Assembly (NCBI GenBank): GCA_963549275.1
Contig: CAUUYA010000004.1
Span: 37,697-101,696, forward strand
Direction of reading: 5' to 3'
DNA length: 64,000 bases
DNA from: an uncultured Candidatus Saccharibacteria bacterium
GTDB taxonomy: Bacteria; Patescibacteriota; Saccharimonadia; Saccharimonadales; Saccharimonadaceae
Position numbers and translations under genes: made by a program. Shown here piece after piece: positions 28,582 to 37,482 of this stretch. Each line of letters begins with the position of its first letter. Within the stretch, counting starts at the first letter, position 1. The notes below the pieces were generated by a model that made no database searches, was not told the DNA's origin, and was given only the letters and a program-made list of their open reading frames with translations.

Positions 28582-29838
28582 CTATAAACTTTCAATGATA
28601 CTCTGTAGATCTCTGCGAGCTTTGCCAGCAAATTGCTGCAAAGCCGAGCCGCTGCCTGGTTCAGTTTGCCATACTGGCGACTGCGGGTTAGCTTTTCTCA
28701 CTAAGTCAGACATTGCTTGAAGAGTTTTTGCATCAACATTTAGTCCGCCTTTAGCTTCTAGCCTACCGACTAGCTCTGCCCTAACCTTTTGGCCAAGAAA
28801 TCCGCCATAAGCCCTCAAGAAGTCTCCCGCCCATTTGTTGGCTTTTTCTTGGCGCTCGCCAGGTTTTGTCGTATTTTGCTCTCCAGCGTCCTGTTTTCCG
28901 TCTGACTTTGATACGTCTGCTTCAGATTCTACCGTATTTTTTTGATTGCCATCTGATTGCTCTACTGGCGATGTCTTATCTTCTGCTGGCTGTGCGACCT
29001 GTTCTGCCGGATTTTTCTCGGCGGTGCGATTACTTGTGGCAGGTTTAGCTTCTGTAGCCTCTACCTTTGGACTTTCGTTTCTAGCGGTTTCTGGCGGCAC
29101 ACTTTCTTTCGGCGCTTTAGGTTCTGGTTCGCTAGGCGGCTTGGCGGCATCAGTTTCTGCTTTCGGAATCTCAGCATGCGGCGGTAACGGTATTTCTTCT
29201 ACTTTGGGCACAGCATCGCTAGCACTGGTCTCACGCGAAACCAGTTCCTTTGGCTCCTCATGTGTAGCTGGCTGCTCGTATGCTGCTTGCTCAACTGGCG
29301 GCCGTGAGGCATATTGGACTAGATTGTCGCCTCTGTCTTTATTATGCTCGCCCATAACGATACTATCAACCATATCCCCTGGAACACCATTCTCTATCAG
29401 TTGAGCACGCCGATCGAGCATTTCATCAACACTTTGCGGCCCTCTCTCGGCGTCAGCATGCGACGGTAACTTACCAGTTATTTTCTCGCCAGTCATGAAA
29501 ACCCGGCGAGTAGAAGCACGTTCGTTGGTCGGCGCTATTCCGCCGTCAGTAGCGGCTTTGTAAGCCTCGCCGACCAGCAACTGCCTGCCGGTATTCGACT
29601 CTTGGCGCGCCAAAGCGGGCGGCTTATCGCCGAAAGCAATCGCTACCGCATCGCGAGCATCATTGACTTTCTCGGCCCGGCCAGCTGGCGTCCATTCGTG
29701 CGGCGTACTAAAATTATCACCATCAAGAGAGTTAGACTTAACTGTCGGCTCAATATCGTACTTCTTATAGTCAAACGGCTCGCCGCGGCTGTTAGTCACC
29801 TCATGAGAAGATATTGGAAAGCGTTCTTTTGTGTTCAT
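28582..29838 (-). CDS. Hypothetical protein with a central low-complexity Glu/Pro/Lys-rich region
   Basis: 418-aa ORF with a TTGACA-type promoter upstream (~29895). Confidence 0.75.
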   Translation of the reverse strand: MNTKERFPISSHEVTNSRGEPFDYKKYDIEPTVKSNSLDGDNFSTPHEWTPAGRAEKVNDARDAVAIAFGDKPPALARQESNTGRQLLVGEAYKAATDGGIAPTNERASTRRVFMTGEKITGKLPSHADAERGPQSVDEMLDRRAQLIENGVPGDMVDSIVMGEHNKDRGDNLVQYASRPPVEQAAYEQPATHEEPKELVSRETSASDAVPKVEEIPLPPHAEIPKAETDAAKPPSEPEPKAPKESVPPETARNESPKVEATEAKPATSNRTAEKNPAEQVAQPAEDKTSPVEQSDGNQKNTVESEADVSKSDGKQDAGEQNTTKPGERQEKANKWAGDFLRAYGGFLGQKVRAELVGRLEAKGGLNVDAKTLQAMSDLVRKANPQSPVWQTEPGSGSALQQFAGKARRDLQSIIESL

Positions 29839-29953
29839 TTTTGTTTTGCCGTTTACTTACCTTTTTATGCTAGCATAGCTTATGCTTTTTGTCAATAATA
29901 TTACTTAGATTAGTAATTTTAGCAATCCGGCAGCTGCGATCTACCTTTACAAA

Positions 29954-29986
29954 CCAAAAACCGCCTCGATACGAGACGGTTTTTGG
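29954..29986. terminator. Terminator after rpsO
   Basis: CCAAAAACCGCCTCG-ATA-CGAGACGGTTTTTGG. Confidence 0.8.
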
Positions 29987-30000
29987 CCCAGGCTGCACGT

Positions 30001-30267
30001 TTATTTGCGCAGACCGAGCTTCTCTAGCGTTGCCTTGTAGGCCTCAAAGTTCGTCTTCTCAAGGTATTTCAGCAGGCGCTTGCGCTTACCTACCATCTGA
30101 ATCAGTCCGCGGCGCGCCATACGGTCGTGCTTATTGGACTTGAGATGTTCAGTCACCTCTTTGATACGAGCCGTCAAGATCGAAATCTGCGCTTGCGGAC
30201 TGCCGACATCGTTCTCGTTGACCTGAGTCAAAGCAATAGCTTTCGCTTTGTTATCCTTTGATATCAT
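30001..30267 (-). CDS. rpsO: 30S ribosomal protein S15
   Basis: 'DVGSPQAQISILTARI...HDRMARRGLIQMVGKRKRLLKYL...LGLRK'. Confidence 0.97.
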   Translation of the reverse strand: MISKDNKAKAIALTQVNENDVGSPQAQISILTARIKEVTEHLKSNKHDRMARRGLIQMVGKRKRLLKYLEKTNFEAYKATLEKLGLRK

Positions 30268-30433
30268 AACTAATAACTTTAGCAGAGATACGCTAATCAG
30301 TCAAGTTATGCGAACTCCTTATCATATCTATCACTCTATAGATTTTCTCAATATCGTCAATCGTCATCTGACGAGACTGATCTATCCAGCTTTTAATAAG
30401 TTTGGTATCTAAATAAGCAAATTTCTATGCTTC

Positions 30434-31132
30434 TTATGATTCAATACCAAAATCAGCTAGCTTTTGCGCTTGGCTAACTTGCCAATCGGCAATCTGCGTA
30501 CGGCGCAACTCCTGGCAGTAAGCGCCCGTATTTAGCGCTTCACCGATATCAGCCGCCAGGCTACGAATATAGGTGCCGCTAGAGACATGGGCCCGAACTT
30601 TGAGCAGCGGATAAGCGTAATCAAGCAGTTCTAGCGCATAAATAGTCACTGTACGTTCTGGTATATCAACTTTTTTACCGCTGCGAGCTAATTTGTAGGC
30701 CCGCTGTCCGTTAATTTTGATAGCACTGAACGCTGGCGGACGCTGCTTGATATCACCAACGAATTGCGCTAGAACATACTTAACTGCTGCTGCATCCGGT
30801 TGTTTGAGTAAAGGTAAAGATTCAGCTCCTTGTAGTTCGTCGCTTACAGCATACGGCATAATTTCGCCTTCCGGGTCGCCAGTTGTACTAGTCTGTCCCA
30901 GCCGGAACGTCGCTTCATACACCTTATCAAGCTTGGTATAACGCATCGCGTTGCGGCATTCCTTGCCCGTAACCAAAATCAACAGGCCCGTCGCAAACGG
31001 GTCAAGCGTCCCGCAATGACCGACTTTGACTTTTTTGCCAGCCCGATGGCTAAGCACGCGGCGAACTCGCGCCACTACCCCGAAGCTAGTCATGCCTGGC
31101 GGCTTATCAATCAATATAACCTTGTCATTCAT
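30434..31132 (-). CDS. truB: tRNA pseudouridine(55) synthase TruB
   Basis: 'IDKPPGMTSFGVV', 'KVGHCGTLDPFATG', 'PPAFSAIKINGQRAY', 'SSGTYIRSLA'. Confidence 0.96.
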   Translation of the reverse strand: MNDKVILIDKPPGMTSFGVVARVRRVLSHRAGKKVKVGHCGTLDPFATGLLILVTGKECRNAMRYTKLDKVYEATFRLGQTSTTGDPEGEIMPYAVSDELQGAESLPLLKQPDAAAVKYVLAQFVGDIKQRPPAFSAIKINGQRAYKLARSGKKVDIPERTVTIYALELLDYAYPLLKVRAHVSSGTYIRSLAADIGEALNTGAYCQELRRTQIADWQVSQAQKLADFGIES

Positions 31133-31209
31133 ACTTTAAGTATATCAGCATACCCCGTAGCATTGATTCTAAAATCTTTTCAGAGTCAATCTGAAGTCTA
31201 TCCGCAAAC

Positions 31210-32988
31210 TTAAGCTTGCCCTGGAATCTTGAACTGAGCCGGATCATTTGATGTTGGTGCCGAAACTGCTGGAGCTGGCGGCGGTGGTAGAGTAGATTCT
31301 AAAGTGTCAGCTCCGACCCCGCCATTAGCTGGTACTGGCGGCAAGGATGAAAAATCTGGCAACGGCGGTAATGGCGGTAGTGGCGGCAAATCGTCAACCG
31401 CGCCAGATGGTGGCGCAGCTGAGGCTGCCGACAGAGCTGCATCAACGGCAGACCGCGCTTGGTCTTGATCTGAACTAGCAGGATTTGCGGCTGGCGCAGC
31501 TTCTACGCTAGGTGCTGGCATTGCTGGCATACTCGGCTGTACCGTTACCCCTTTCGAAGAAACCGCCTCGGGCGCCGCGTCAACTGGCGCAGCTTCTGAT
31601 AAGACATCGCGAACTGTCGGTTCTACCTCGGTCTTGTCGGCTACGGCATTAAATGGCGATTGCATTGACGGCGGCTGCGACGCCACCGCGCCGCGATCGT
31701 GGCTTAAAATGACGCGATTATGCATATCTTTTTCAGCTTTTCTAGCTTCCTCGGCAGCCTGTTCGGTTGTCGCGTTGAAAGTACCGCCAATCGACGGCTC
31801 GCTCGGGCTAACTGGCATCGCTAGACCTGGCCCTGGCGCAAATGGAGCAACTGGCGGCAAAGTTAGATCTTCTTTGGCCGCTTCATCTACTTCTGCTGAG
31901 CTGGCAGCAATATCGCGCTGTAAATCGGCGACCGACGGCACATCTCGCCTATCAGCTTCAGGCTCAACAGCAGGAATTGATGCTAACTGTTCGGCTAATT
32001 TCTTTTCGGCGGCAGCGGCGGCATCTCGACTACTTCGCTTCTCTAATTCTTCATTGGCAGCCCTCAGAGCTTCGTCAGAATGGCGCCTATCAATTGCATT
32101 CTTGACGTCGTCAACATCACCAACTGGCTCGTGCGAAATCGACAATGCGCCAATGTCGCCAGAATTTTTAGACTCATCCTTTTTGGAGGATTTCTCTTCG
32201 TCCTTGCTTTTTGCTTCAGGCACTGGAATCGGCTTATCGTGCGATTCTTTGAGCTTAGTGGCAATCAGCTGCTGGTTAGCACCGTCTGCCATCAATTGAG
32301 CAGCCACGGTCATCGCCGCCGAGCTAGTATGCGCATTGCTGAAACGATCGGTTGCTGCCACGATACCTGTCAAAAACGCCGTAGCGATTTGCTCGTCAAT
32401 CAGCCGGCTCTCGCCTCTTAATTCGTTAGCCAACCGGCACAAAACCTCGCTATAACAGCTAGCTCGCGGATTACTCCACTCCAGACTACCGAGCTGGGTT
32501 GACTCGCCAAGCGATACGCTTGCTACAACCGCATCGTGCAAAATTCGTCCATGGCTCTCGAGCGCATGATCCAAATCAGCTTCGTCTTTAACACCAATTG
32601 CCAACACCATCTCGACATTATAGTCGCCTTGGCTAAAGTCCAAATCTTTCTGGTTGATTGTCGTACGGTACGGCGTAATAAAAATCTTGACCATATCATC
32701 GACAATCTTGTAACGTAAGTGATCAGCCTTTTCCTTATCCAGCGCGATGATAAAATCACGCAAACTATCAACTGTACTTTCAAACGTTTTCTCGGGCTGT
32801 AGAAATTTAATCGCTGGCGGCACCGCCCCGCTGAATACTGCCGTCGCATGCTTATTTAACTTATTGATTAGCAGCGTGATACCCAAAGCAGCGCTCAATT
32901 CGTCGACCGACGGATTGGCGCTAACCGTAACGAGAATATTATTACTTTCTTTGACTTTCTCTACTATCTGGTTTAGCACGTCTGCCAT
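31210..32988 (-). CDS. DHH-phosphoesterase-like N-terminal domain (degenerate) with a long Pro/Ala/acidic tail
   Basis: 'NILVTVSANPSVDELSAALG' and 'IATAFLTGIVAATDRFS' resemble the DHH/NrnA fold, but no DHH motif is visible. Confidence 0.7.
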   Translation of the reverse strand: MADVLNQIVEKVKESNNILVTVSANPSVDELSAALGITLLINKLNKHATAVFSGAVPPAIKFLQPEKTFESTVDSLRDFIIALDKEKADHLRYKIVDDMVKIFITPYRTTINQKDLDFSQGDYNVEMVLAIGVKDEADLDHALESHGRILHDAVVASVSLGESTQLGSLEWSNPRASCYSEVLCRLANELRGESRLIDEQIATAFLTGIVAATDRFSNAHTSSAAMTVAAQLMADGANQQLIATKLKESHDKPIPVPEAKSKDEEKSSKKDESKNSGDIGALSISHEPVGDVDDVKNAIDRRHSDEALRAANEELEKRSSRDAAAAAEKKLAEQLASIPAVEPEADRRDVPSVADLQRDIAASSAEVDEAAKEDLTLPPVAPFAPGPGLAMPVSPSEPSIGGTFNATTEQAAEEARKAEKDMHNRVILSHDRGAVASQPPSMQSPFNAVADKTEVEPTVRDVLSEAAPVDAAPEAVSSKGVTVQPSMPAMPAPSVEAAPAANPASSDQDQARSAVDAALSAASAAPPSGAVDDLPPLPPLPPLPDFSSLPPVPANGGVGADTLESTLPPPPAPAVSAPTSNDPAQFKIPGQA

Positions 32989-33164
32989 ATTTTATCCTAT
33001 TTGTTTTTATTCGCTATAGACTTTATGTACTATAACATAAGCATCACGACAAAGTCAATACTAATTTACAAAATAAGCAAGCGCCACTTTACAAACAGAG
33101 GTGTATAAGTTATAATTGAAAACTGATTGTATACACTAAATCAATAACAGAGGTAAAGGAATTT

Positions 33165-33515
33165 ATGCCACTCATCAAATCAGCCGTTAAGCGAATGAAG
33201 CAAACCGCTAAGCGCCGCCAGCGTAACATCGGTATCAAGCGCGATATCAAATCTGCCACCAAGGAATTTTTGGCCAACCCGAGCGCCGCTACCCTAAGCA
33301 AAGCTCAAAGCGAGCTAGATACTGCCGTCAAGAAAGGCCTGCTCAAAAAGGCAACCGTCAGCCGCCGCAAATCAGCCCTAGCCAAGATCGCTAAAACTGC
33401 TGGCGTCAAGCTAGAAAAGAAGGCGGCCAAACCCGCTACTAGCACCAAGAAAACCCCTGCAAAAAAGCCAGCTGCCAAAACCACAGCCAAGAAGACCGTA
33501 GCTAAAACTGCTTAA
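33165..33515 (+). CDS. rpsT: 30S ribosomal protein S20 with a Lys/Ala-rich C-terminal extension
   Basis: 'MPLIKSAVKRMKQTAKRRQRN', 'LDTAVKKGLLKKATVSRRKSAL'. Confidence 0.95.
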   Translation: MPLIKSAVKRMKQTAKRRQRNIGIKRDIKSATKEFLANPSAATLSKAQSELDTAVKKGLLKKATVSRRKSALAKIAKTAGVKLEKKAAKPATSTKKTPAKKPAAKTTAKKTVAKTA

Positions 33516-34504
33516 TTTATAATAAAGAAATTAAAGCGCTTCGCAAGTCGGAGCGCTTTATTTTTGCCGCGCGAAGCCACCCGAAACAAAAAGTCCTCCA
33601 ACGCCGCCCACGGATCGACTGATGAGGTTTTCATTTGATAATCGCGCTCCGCCGCTAATTCGGTTAATTCCGCCAAGTCCTTTGGCGACAGCTGCCGAGC
33701 AAGCGGCCGCAACTTCTTGGCAACAAACGGATGCATACCGAGATCAATCGTATCGCTAGCGCCAGCTGCTTCGGCCTTGGCTAATAACACCAGCTGCGAC
33801 CACTGCGACCAGACCAACGGCGCCACTTTATAAACATCGTCGCTGCGGCGAAGTTCATCAAGCGCGCTCCGTAGATTTGCCGTTTTGCCGCGCACTGCCA
33901 ATTCAATGATATCAAACACCGAAAACTCACGTGCTGGCGGCAAAACCGTTGCAATCGCTGCATCGTCAATTTTCACGGCATTTTTCAAGGCAGCTACAGC
34001 ATGCGTTAATTGTAATTGGTCAATTTCAGCAGAACGCGATTTTTCATCGTCGACAATTGCTCGCGCTACCATATTACTAGCCTGCGCTTTCGTTAATATT
34101 ATACCGTGCTCGCTTGCATAATCTAGCAGCCACTTTTCGGCCGCTGGACGCTGGCGATCAGTCAGCGGCATTGCTTCAACTAGCTTTGCAGTTTTTTGCA
34201 AGATTTTGAAAGTTTTAGTACGCTTATCTGGACGCGGCTCAATCAATACCAAGTAGGTTTCTGCCGCAATATCACTAGCCCATTCGCCTAGTTTATCCCA
34301 CAAATCCTTTCGTTCTGAGAGCCGTTCAATAACAATCAGCCGCCGTTCTTGAAATAAACTCAAGCCGCGCACCGTATCGGCTAATTTATTCAAATCAAGA
34401 CTGCTTGCGTCGATTTTCTCAGGCCGAACACCTAATGATTTCGCTAACTGCTGCAGCTCATACTGCGCGCGGTAAGTGTTCGTGCCAATAATCAGATAAA
34501 TCAT
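33512..34504 (-). CDS. holA: DNA polymerase III delta subunit
   Basis: 'MIYLIIGTNTY', 'SLFQERRLIVI', 'DKRTK', 'MHPFVAKK', 'DYQMKTS'; typical holA-rpsT convergent arrangement. Confidence 0.8.
   Translation of the reverse strand: MIYLIIGTNTYRAQYELQQLAKSLGVRPEKIDASSLDLNKLADTVRGLSLFQERRLIVIERLSERKDLWDKLGEWASDIAAETYLVLIEPRPDKRTKTFKILQKTAKLVEAMPLTDRQRPAAEKWLLDYASEHGIILTKAQASNMVARAIVDDEKSRSAEIDQLQLTHAVAALKNAVKIDDAAIATVLPPAREFSVFDIIELAVRGKTANLRSALDELRRSDDVYKVAPLVWSQWSQLVLLAKAEAAGASDTIDLGMHPFVAKKLRPLARQLSPKDLAELTELAAERDYQMKTSSVDPWAALEDFLFRVASRGKNKALRLAKRFNFFIIN
33532..33565 (+). terminator. rpsT terminator, lying within the 3' end of holA on the opposite strand
   Basis: TAAAGCGCTTCG-CAAGT-CGGAGCGCTTTA-TTTTT. 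Confidence 0.75.
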
Positions 34505-35469
34505 TTAACCTCCACCTGGCAGACCGGACAAATATGCGTACCACGGCCACCGACTTTTAGCTTGATAATTTCTTGGTCGGGATGGCGATGGCAAGCCTGG
34601 CCTTCGCGGCGAAACACATGAGCAAATGTCAGATAATTTCCTTTTCGACCCTCGGCATCAACGTAATTTTTATCCGTCGAACCGCCCTGATCGATACTGA
34701 GTTGCAAAATTTTTCTAAGTTCCGTAAATAATGTATTCAATTGCTGGTCGCTAATATTTTTTACCCGCGTTTGCGGATGAATACGTGCCGCCCACAACGC
34801 CTCGTCAGCGTAAATATTACCAACCCCAGCGATCACCGCCTGGTCAAGAAACGCTGGCTTAATCATCGAATTCTGGCGGCGGCGAATCCGCTGGATAAAA
34901 TCCTCGGCGCGTGTATTGGGATCAAGCGGCTCCGGCCCAACTTTTTGCATAAACGGCAAGTTCTTCACCTCATCAGTCGGCAGCAACTTCACCCAGCCAA
35001 ACTTGCGCTGATCGTTAAAAAACAGCCGCGACCCATCGGTAAACTCAATTTGCACCCGCGTTGAGCGATCAGGTAGTTCACCAACGAGGCTATCGTTCGG
35101 ATGGCCGCCAGCAAAGTCGTCGACCTCGCGAGCGGTATCCGCAGAAAAATCTTGGGCAACTTTACGTGGGCCCCGAGATTTTTTTGGGGATACCCGAGCG
35201 TTGTGACGAGAGTTTTGGCGAAAAACTAGCTGCCCCGTCATCTTCAAATGCACCACCAATGTATAACAAGTATCCAGATCAATCATCAGCACCTTTGCCC
35301 GCCGCCGCACCGCCATCACGCGAGCGCCATACAAAAATTGTTCGACATCAGCCGGCGCATTCGGAAAACTCTTCGGCGAGTCAAACACTGCCACTCGCGC
35401 CACCACTCGGCCCGGCAGTAACTCCGCCAACCCGCGGCGAACCGTCTCGACTTCGGGAAGTTCCGGCAT
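34501..35469 (-). CDS. mutM: Formamidopyrimidine-DNA glycosylase Fpg with a ~30-aa insertion
   Basis: MPELPEVE, 'HLKMTG', 'DQRKFG', H2TH 'GVGNIYADE', C-terminal zinc finger. Confidence 0.96.
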   Translation of the reverse strand: MPELPEVETVRRGLAELLPGRVVARVAVFDSPKSFPNAPADVEQFLYGARVMAVRRRAKVLMIDLDTCYTLVVHLKMTGQLVFRQNSRHNARVSPKKSRGPRKVAQDFSADTAREVDDFAGGHPNDSLVGELPDRSTRVQIEFTDGSRLFFNDQRKFGWVKLLPTDEVKNLPFMQKVGPEPLDPNTRAEDFIQRIRRRQNSMIKPAFLDQAVIAGVGNIYADEALWAARIHPQTRVKNISDQQLNTLFTELRKILQLSIDQGGSTDKNYVDAEGRKGNYLTFAHVFRREGQACHRHPDQEIIKLKVGGRGTHICPVCQVEVK

Positions 35470-36048
35470 TTATGACTCCAACAGAGCGTTCAAACGCTTA
35501 ATAAGCAGTTCGTTATCGGTGTACTGCAACGCCATCATTCCCGCTACCTCGGCGCCTTCGCAATTTTCGACACGATCGTCAATCATCACACATTCGCTAG
35601 CTGCGACACCTAAGCGGCCAGCTGTCAGCGTGAAAATTTCTGGGTTTGGTTTGGCCAAGCTTTCCTCGTACGACAACACGCACACATCAAACATTTTTTC
35701 TAATTCGCCTGGCGCAAATAGATATTCCAGCGTACCGCCGCCAACATTACTCAACATCGCCATCTTCAAATTAGCGTACTGCTGGCGTAAATTCACGATA
35801 TAGTTTATCAATTCCTCGTTGCGAATCCGCTTGTGCATCAAGAAATCATGCGTCTGCTGCTGTGTCCAGCCAAACAACTCAGCAATTCCCGATTCATACT
35901 TGCTGCCGCTAATAAAACCGTAATCGTGCTGTTTACTGAGGTCGCACAGCATTACCTTGCCCTCTGGCTCGGCCATTCTTATTAGCGTATCAATACTGCC
36001 TCCGTACAGTACACCAAAACAATCGAAAATAACTGCTTTTATTGCCAT
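35470..36048 (-). CDS. HAD-superfamily hydrolase
   Basis: 'VIFDCFGVL', 'LSN', 'KPNPEIF', 'MIDDRVEN'. Confidence 0.9.
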   Translation of the reverse strand: MAIKAVIFDCFGVLYGGSIDTLIRMAEPEGKVMLCDLSKQHDYGFISGSKYESGIAELFGWTQQQTHDFLMHKRIRNEELINYIVNLRQQYANLKMAMLSNVGGGTLEYLFAPGELEKMFDVCVLSYEESLAKPNPEIFTLTAGRLGVAASECVMIDDRVENCEGAEVAGMMALQYTDNELLIKRLNALLES

Positions 36049-36050
36049 GA

Positions 36051-36653
36051 TTAGAAAATATTATTAAATGACGGTTTGAAATCTGGAATCTGATTGACAA
36101 AAAGAGCTTGGAGCTTCAGAGTATCAGCGTTAAGCGTACCAGGCGAGTCTTTGCAAGTTGAAGTCCACAAATTGGTATCGGTATTGTCGCCATCGCGCGT
36201 CTCGAATACGTAAGCCAGCCCTTTGGTGGCACATACGCCGCGAATATCATCGTTTGATTTGTTATCGGAGGCCTGAATGTTGACCTTGACTAGCGCATAA
36301 GTAAATTGTTCATAAGCATTGCTATTATTAGCATATTCCTTCTTGTCCAAAACTCTATCCAGATAACCCGAATAAATAACGTATTTACGCGATGTTGGAC
36401 TAACTGTAATCTGGTAGCTCTTGAATTCTTCATCGGCAACAATCGGACCGCGCACTGTCCAGCGCACGCTGCGAATTGGGTCTTGATTTTTGATTTTGCT
36501 CTCTAACGATTGTTCGGGAGTTTGCGGCTGCTCGGTCTTTTTATCCGGATTCAGCAACGATCGCACAAGTGTTACCAAAATAGCAATAACAACCACCACA
36601 GTAATAATAGTAATGATTATCGGTAAAATTCTCGGTCGGGATCCTCTGTACAT
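36051..36653 (-). CDS. Hypothetical membrane-anchored protein
   Basis: N-terminal TM, 200 aa, Cys pair, co-oriented in the operon. Confidence 0.75.
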   Translation of the reverse strand: MYRGSRPRILPIIITIITVVVVIAILVTLVRSLLNPDKKTEQPQTPEQSLESKIKNQDPIRSVRWTVRGPIVADEEFKSYQITVSPTSRKYVIYSGYLDRVLDKKEYANNSNAYEQFTYALVKVNIQASDNKSNDDIRGVCATKGLAYVFETRDGDNTDTNLWTSTCKDSPGTLNADTLKLQALFVNQIPDFKPSFNNIF

Positions 36654-36674
36654 GTTTGTATTTTAACACACTTA

Positions 36675-37373
36675 TCACGCAGCTACGCGTACCATGGTAG
36701 AAACAGCCGTAGCACCTAAACCATCTTTTTCAAGAGGCCCAGTTATTTCTTTAAAACGTTTATCTGTATCGTCCTCTTTATTATCAGCTGTTATTTCTTC
36801 AGGTCGTCTATTATCTGTATCGTTCTTTTTAGCGATTAATTCGTCAAGCGGTAAAAATTCTATACCGCGATTATCTGCTACTGCTACTACTGACCCTTTA
36901 CCTTTACCTTCATCTTCATCTTTGTCTTTGTCTTCTTCCCATAAAACATTAATGCTGGGACCACCACAAGCAAGATGAAGTATATCAACAGCCTCAATGC
37001 CAATTGGCAAAAAAGGATATCTTTCGCGCTCAGTTTTTCCTACTTTGCTTATGCCTTGTTCTTCTACTTTTATTTTTGGTCGATTTTCATCACTCTCGTT
37101 AGACGCACAGCGAACCACTAACCAATCACCAGATACCATGCCGCCATATCTGTTTTTAATACCCCAAACAGCACCATCCGGACCAACAAACATACCAACT
37201 GAGATATCATAATCGACTCCCCTAAGATATTTATATACGGCGTCGCCCTGCTCAATAATAAGTTCTAGTTGTTGTTTGTTCTGCCTTAGCTGCTCTATAC
37301 GCTCTTGCCTAGATAAAGGCCTAACCTCTTCAAGTTTAGGGTTGCTATTTTCTGGTGACATACTCCGTACCAT
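36675..37373 (-). CDS. Hypothetical protein
   Basis: 232-aa ORF in AT-richer DNA with an upstream TATAAT. Confidence 0.65.
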   Translation of the reverse strand: MVRSMSPENSNPKLEEVRPLSRQERIEQLRQNKQQLELIIEQGDAVYKYLRGVDYDISVGMFVGPDGAVWGIKNRYGGMVSGDWLVVRCASNESDENRPKIKVEEQGISKVGKTERERYPFLPIGIEAVDILHLACGGPSINVLWEEDKDKDEDEGKGKGSVVAVADNRGIEFLPLDELIAKKNDTDNRRPEEITADNKEDDTDKRFKEITGPLEKDGLGATAVSTMVRVAA

Positions 37374-37482
37374 AACATCCGCCTTTTTTGCTTAAGCTAA
37401 CTGTAATTAGATTATACCACAGTTGCAGTTATTTGTCCATATTTATCCGGGTTTTCGCTAATTTTCAACAAATTTTAATTTT

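Noticed and set aside
30790..30870. Short extra segment in TruB as a third palindromic insertion
   Set aside because: No convincing inverted repeat in the DNA.
36735..36825. Degenerate internal duplication (DTDNRRPEEITA / DTDKRFKEITG)
   Set aside because: Only two diverged copies inside a hypothetical ORF; ordinary local duplication.
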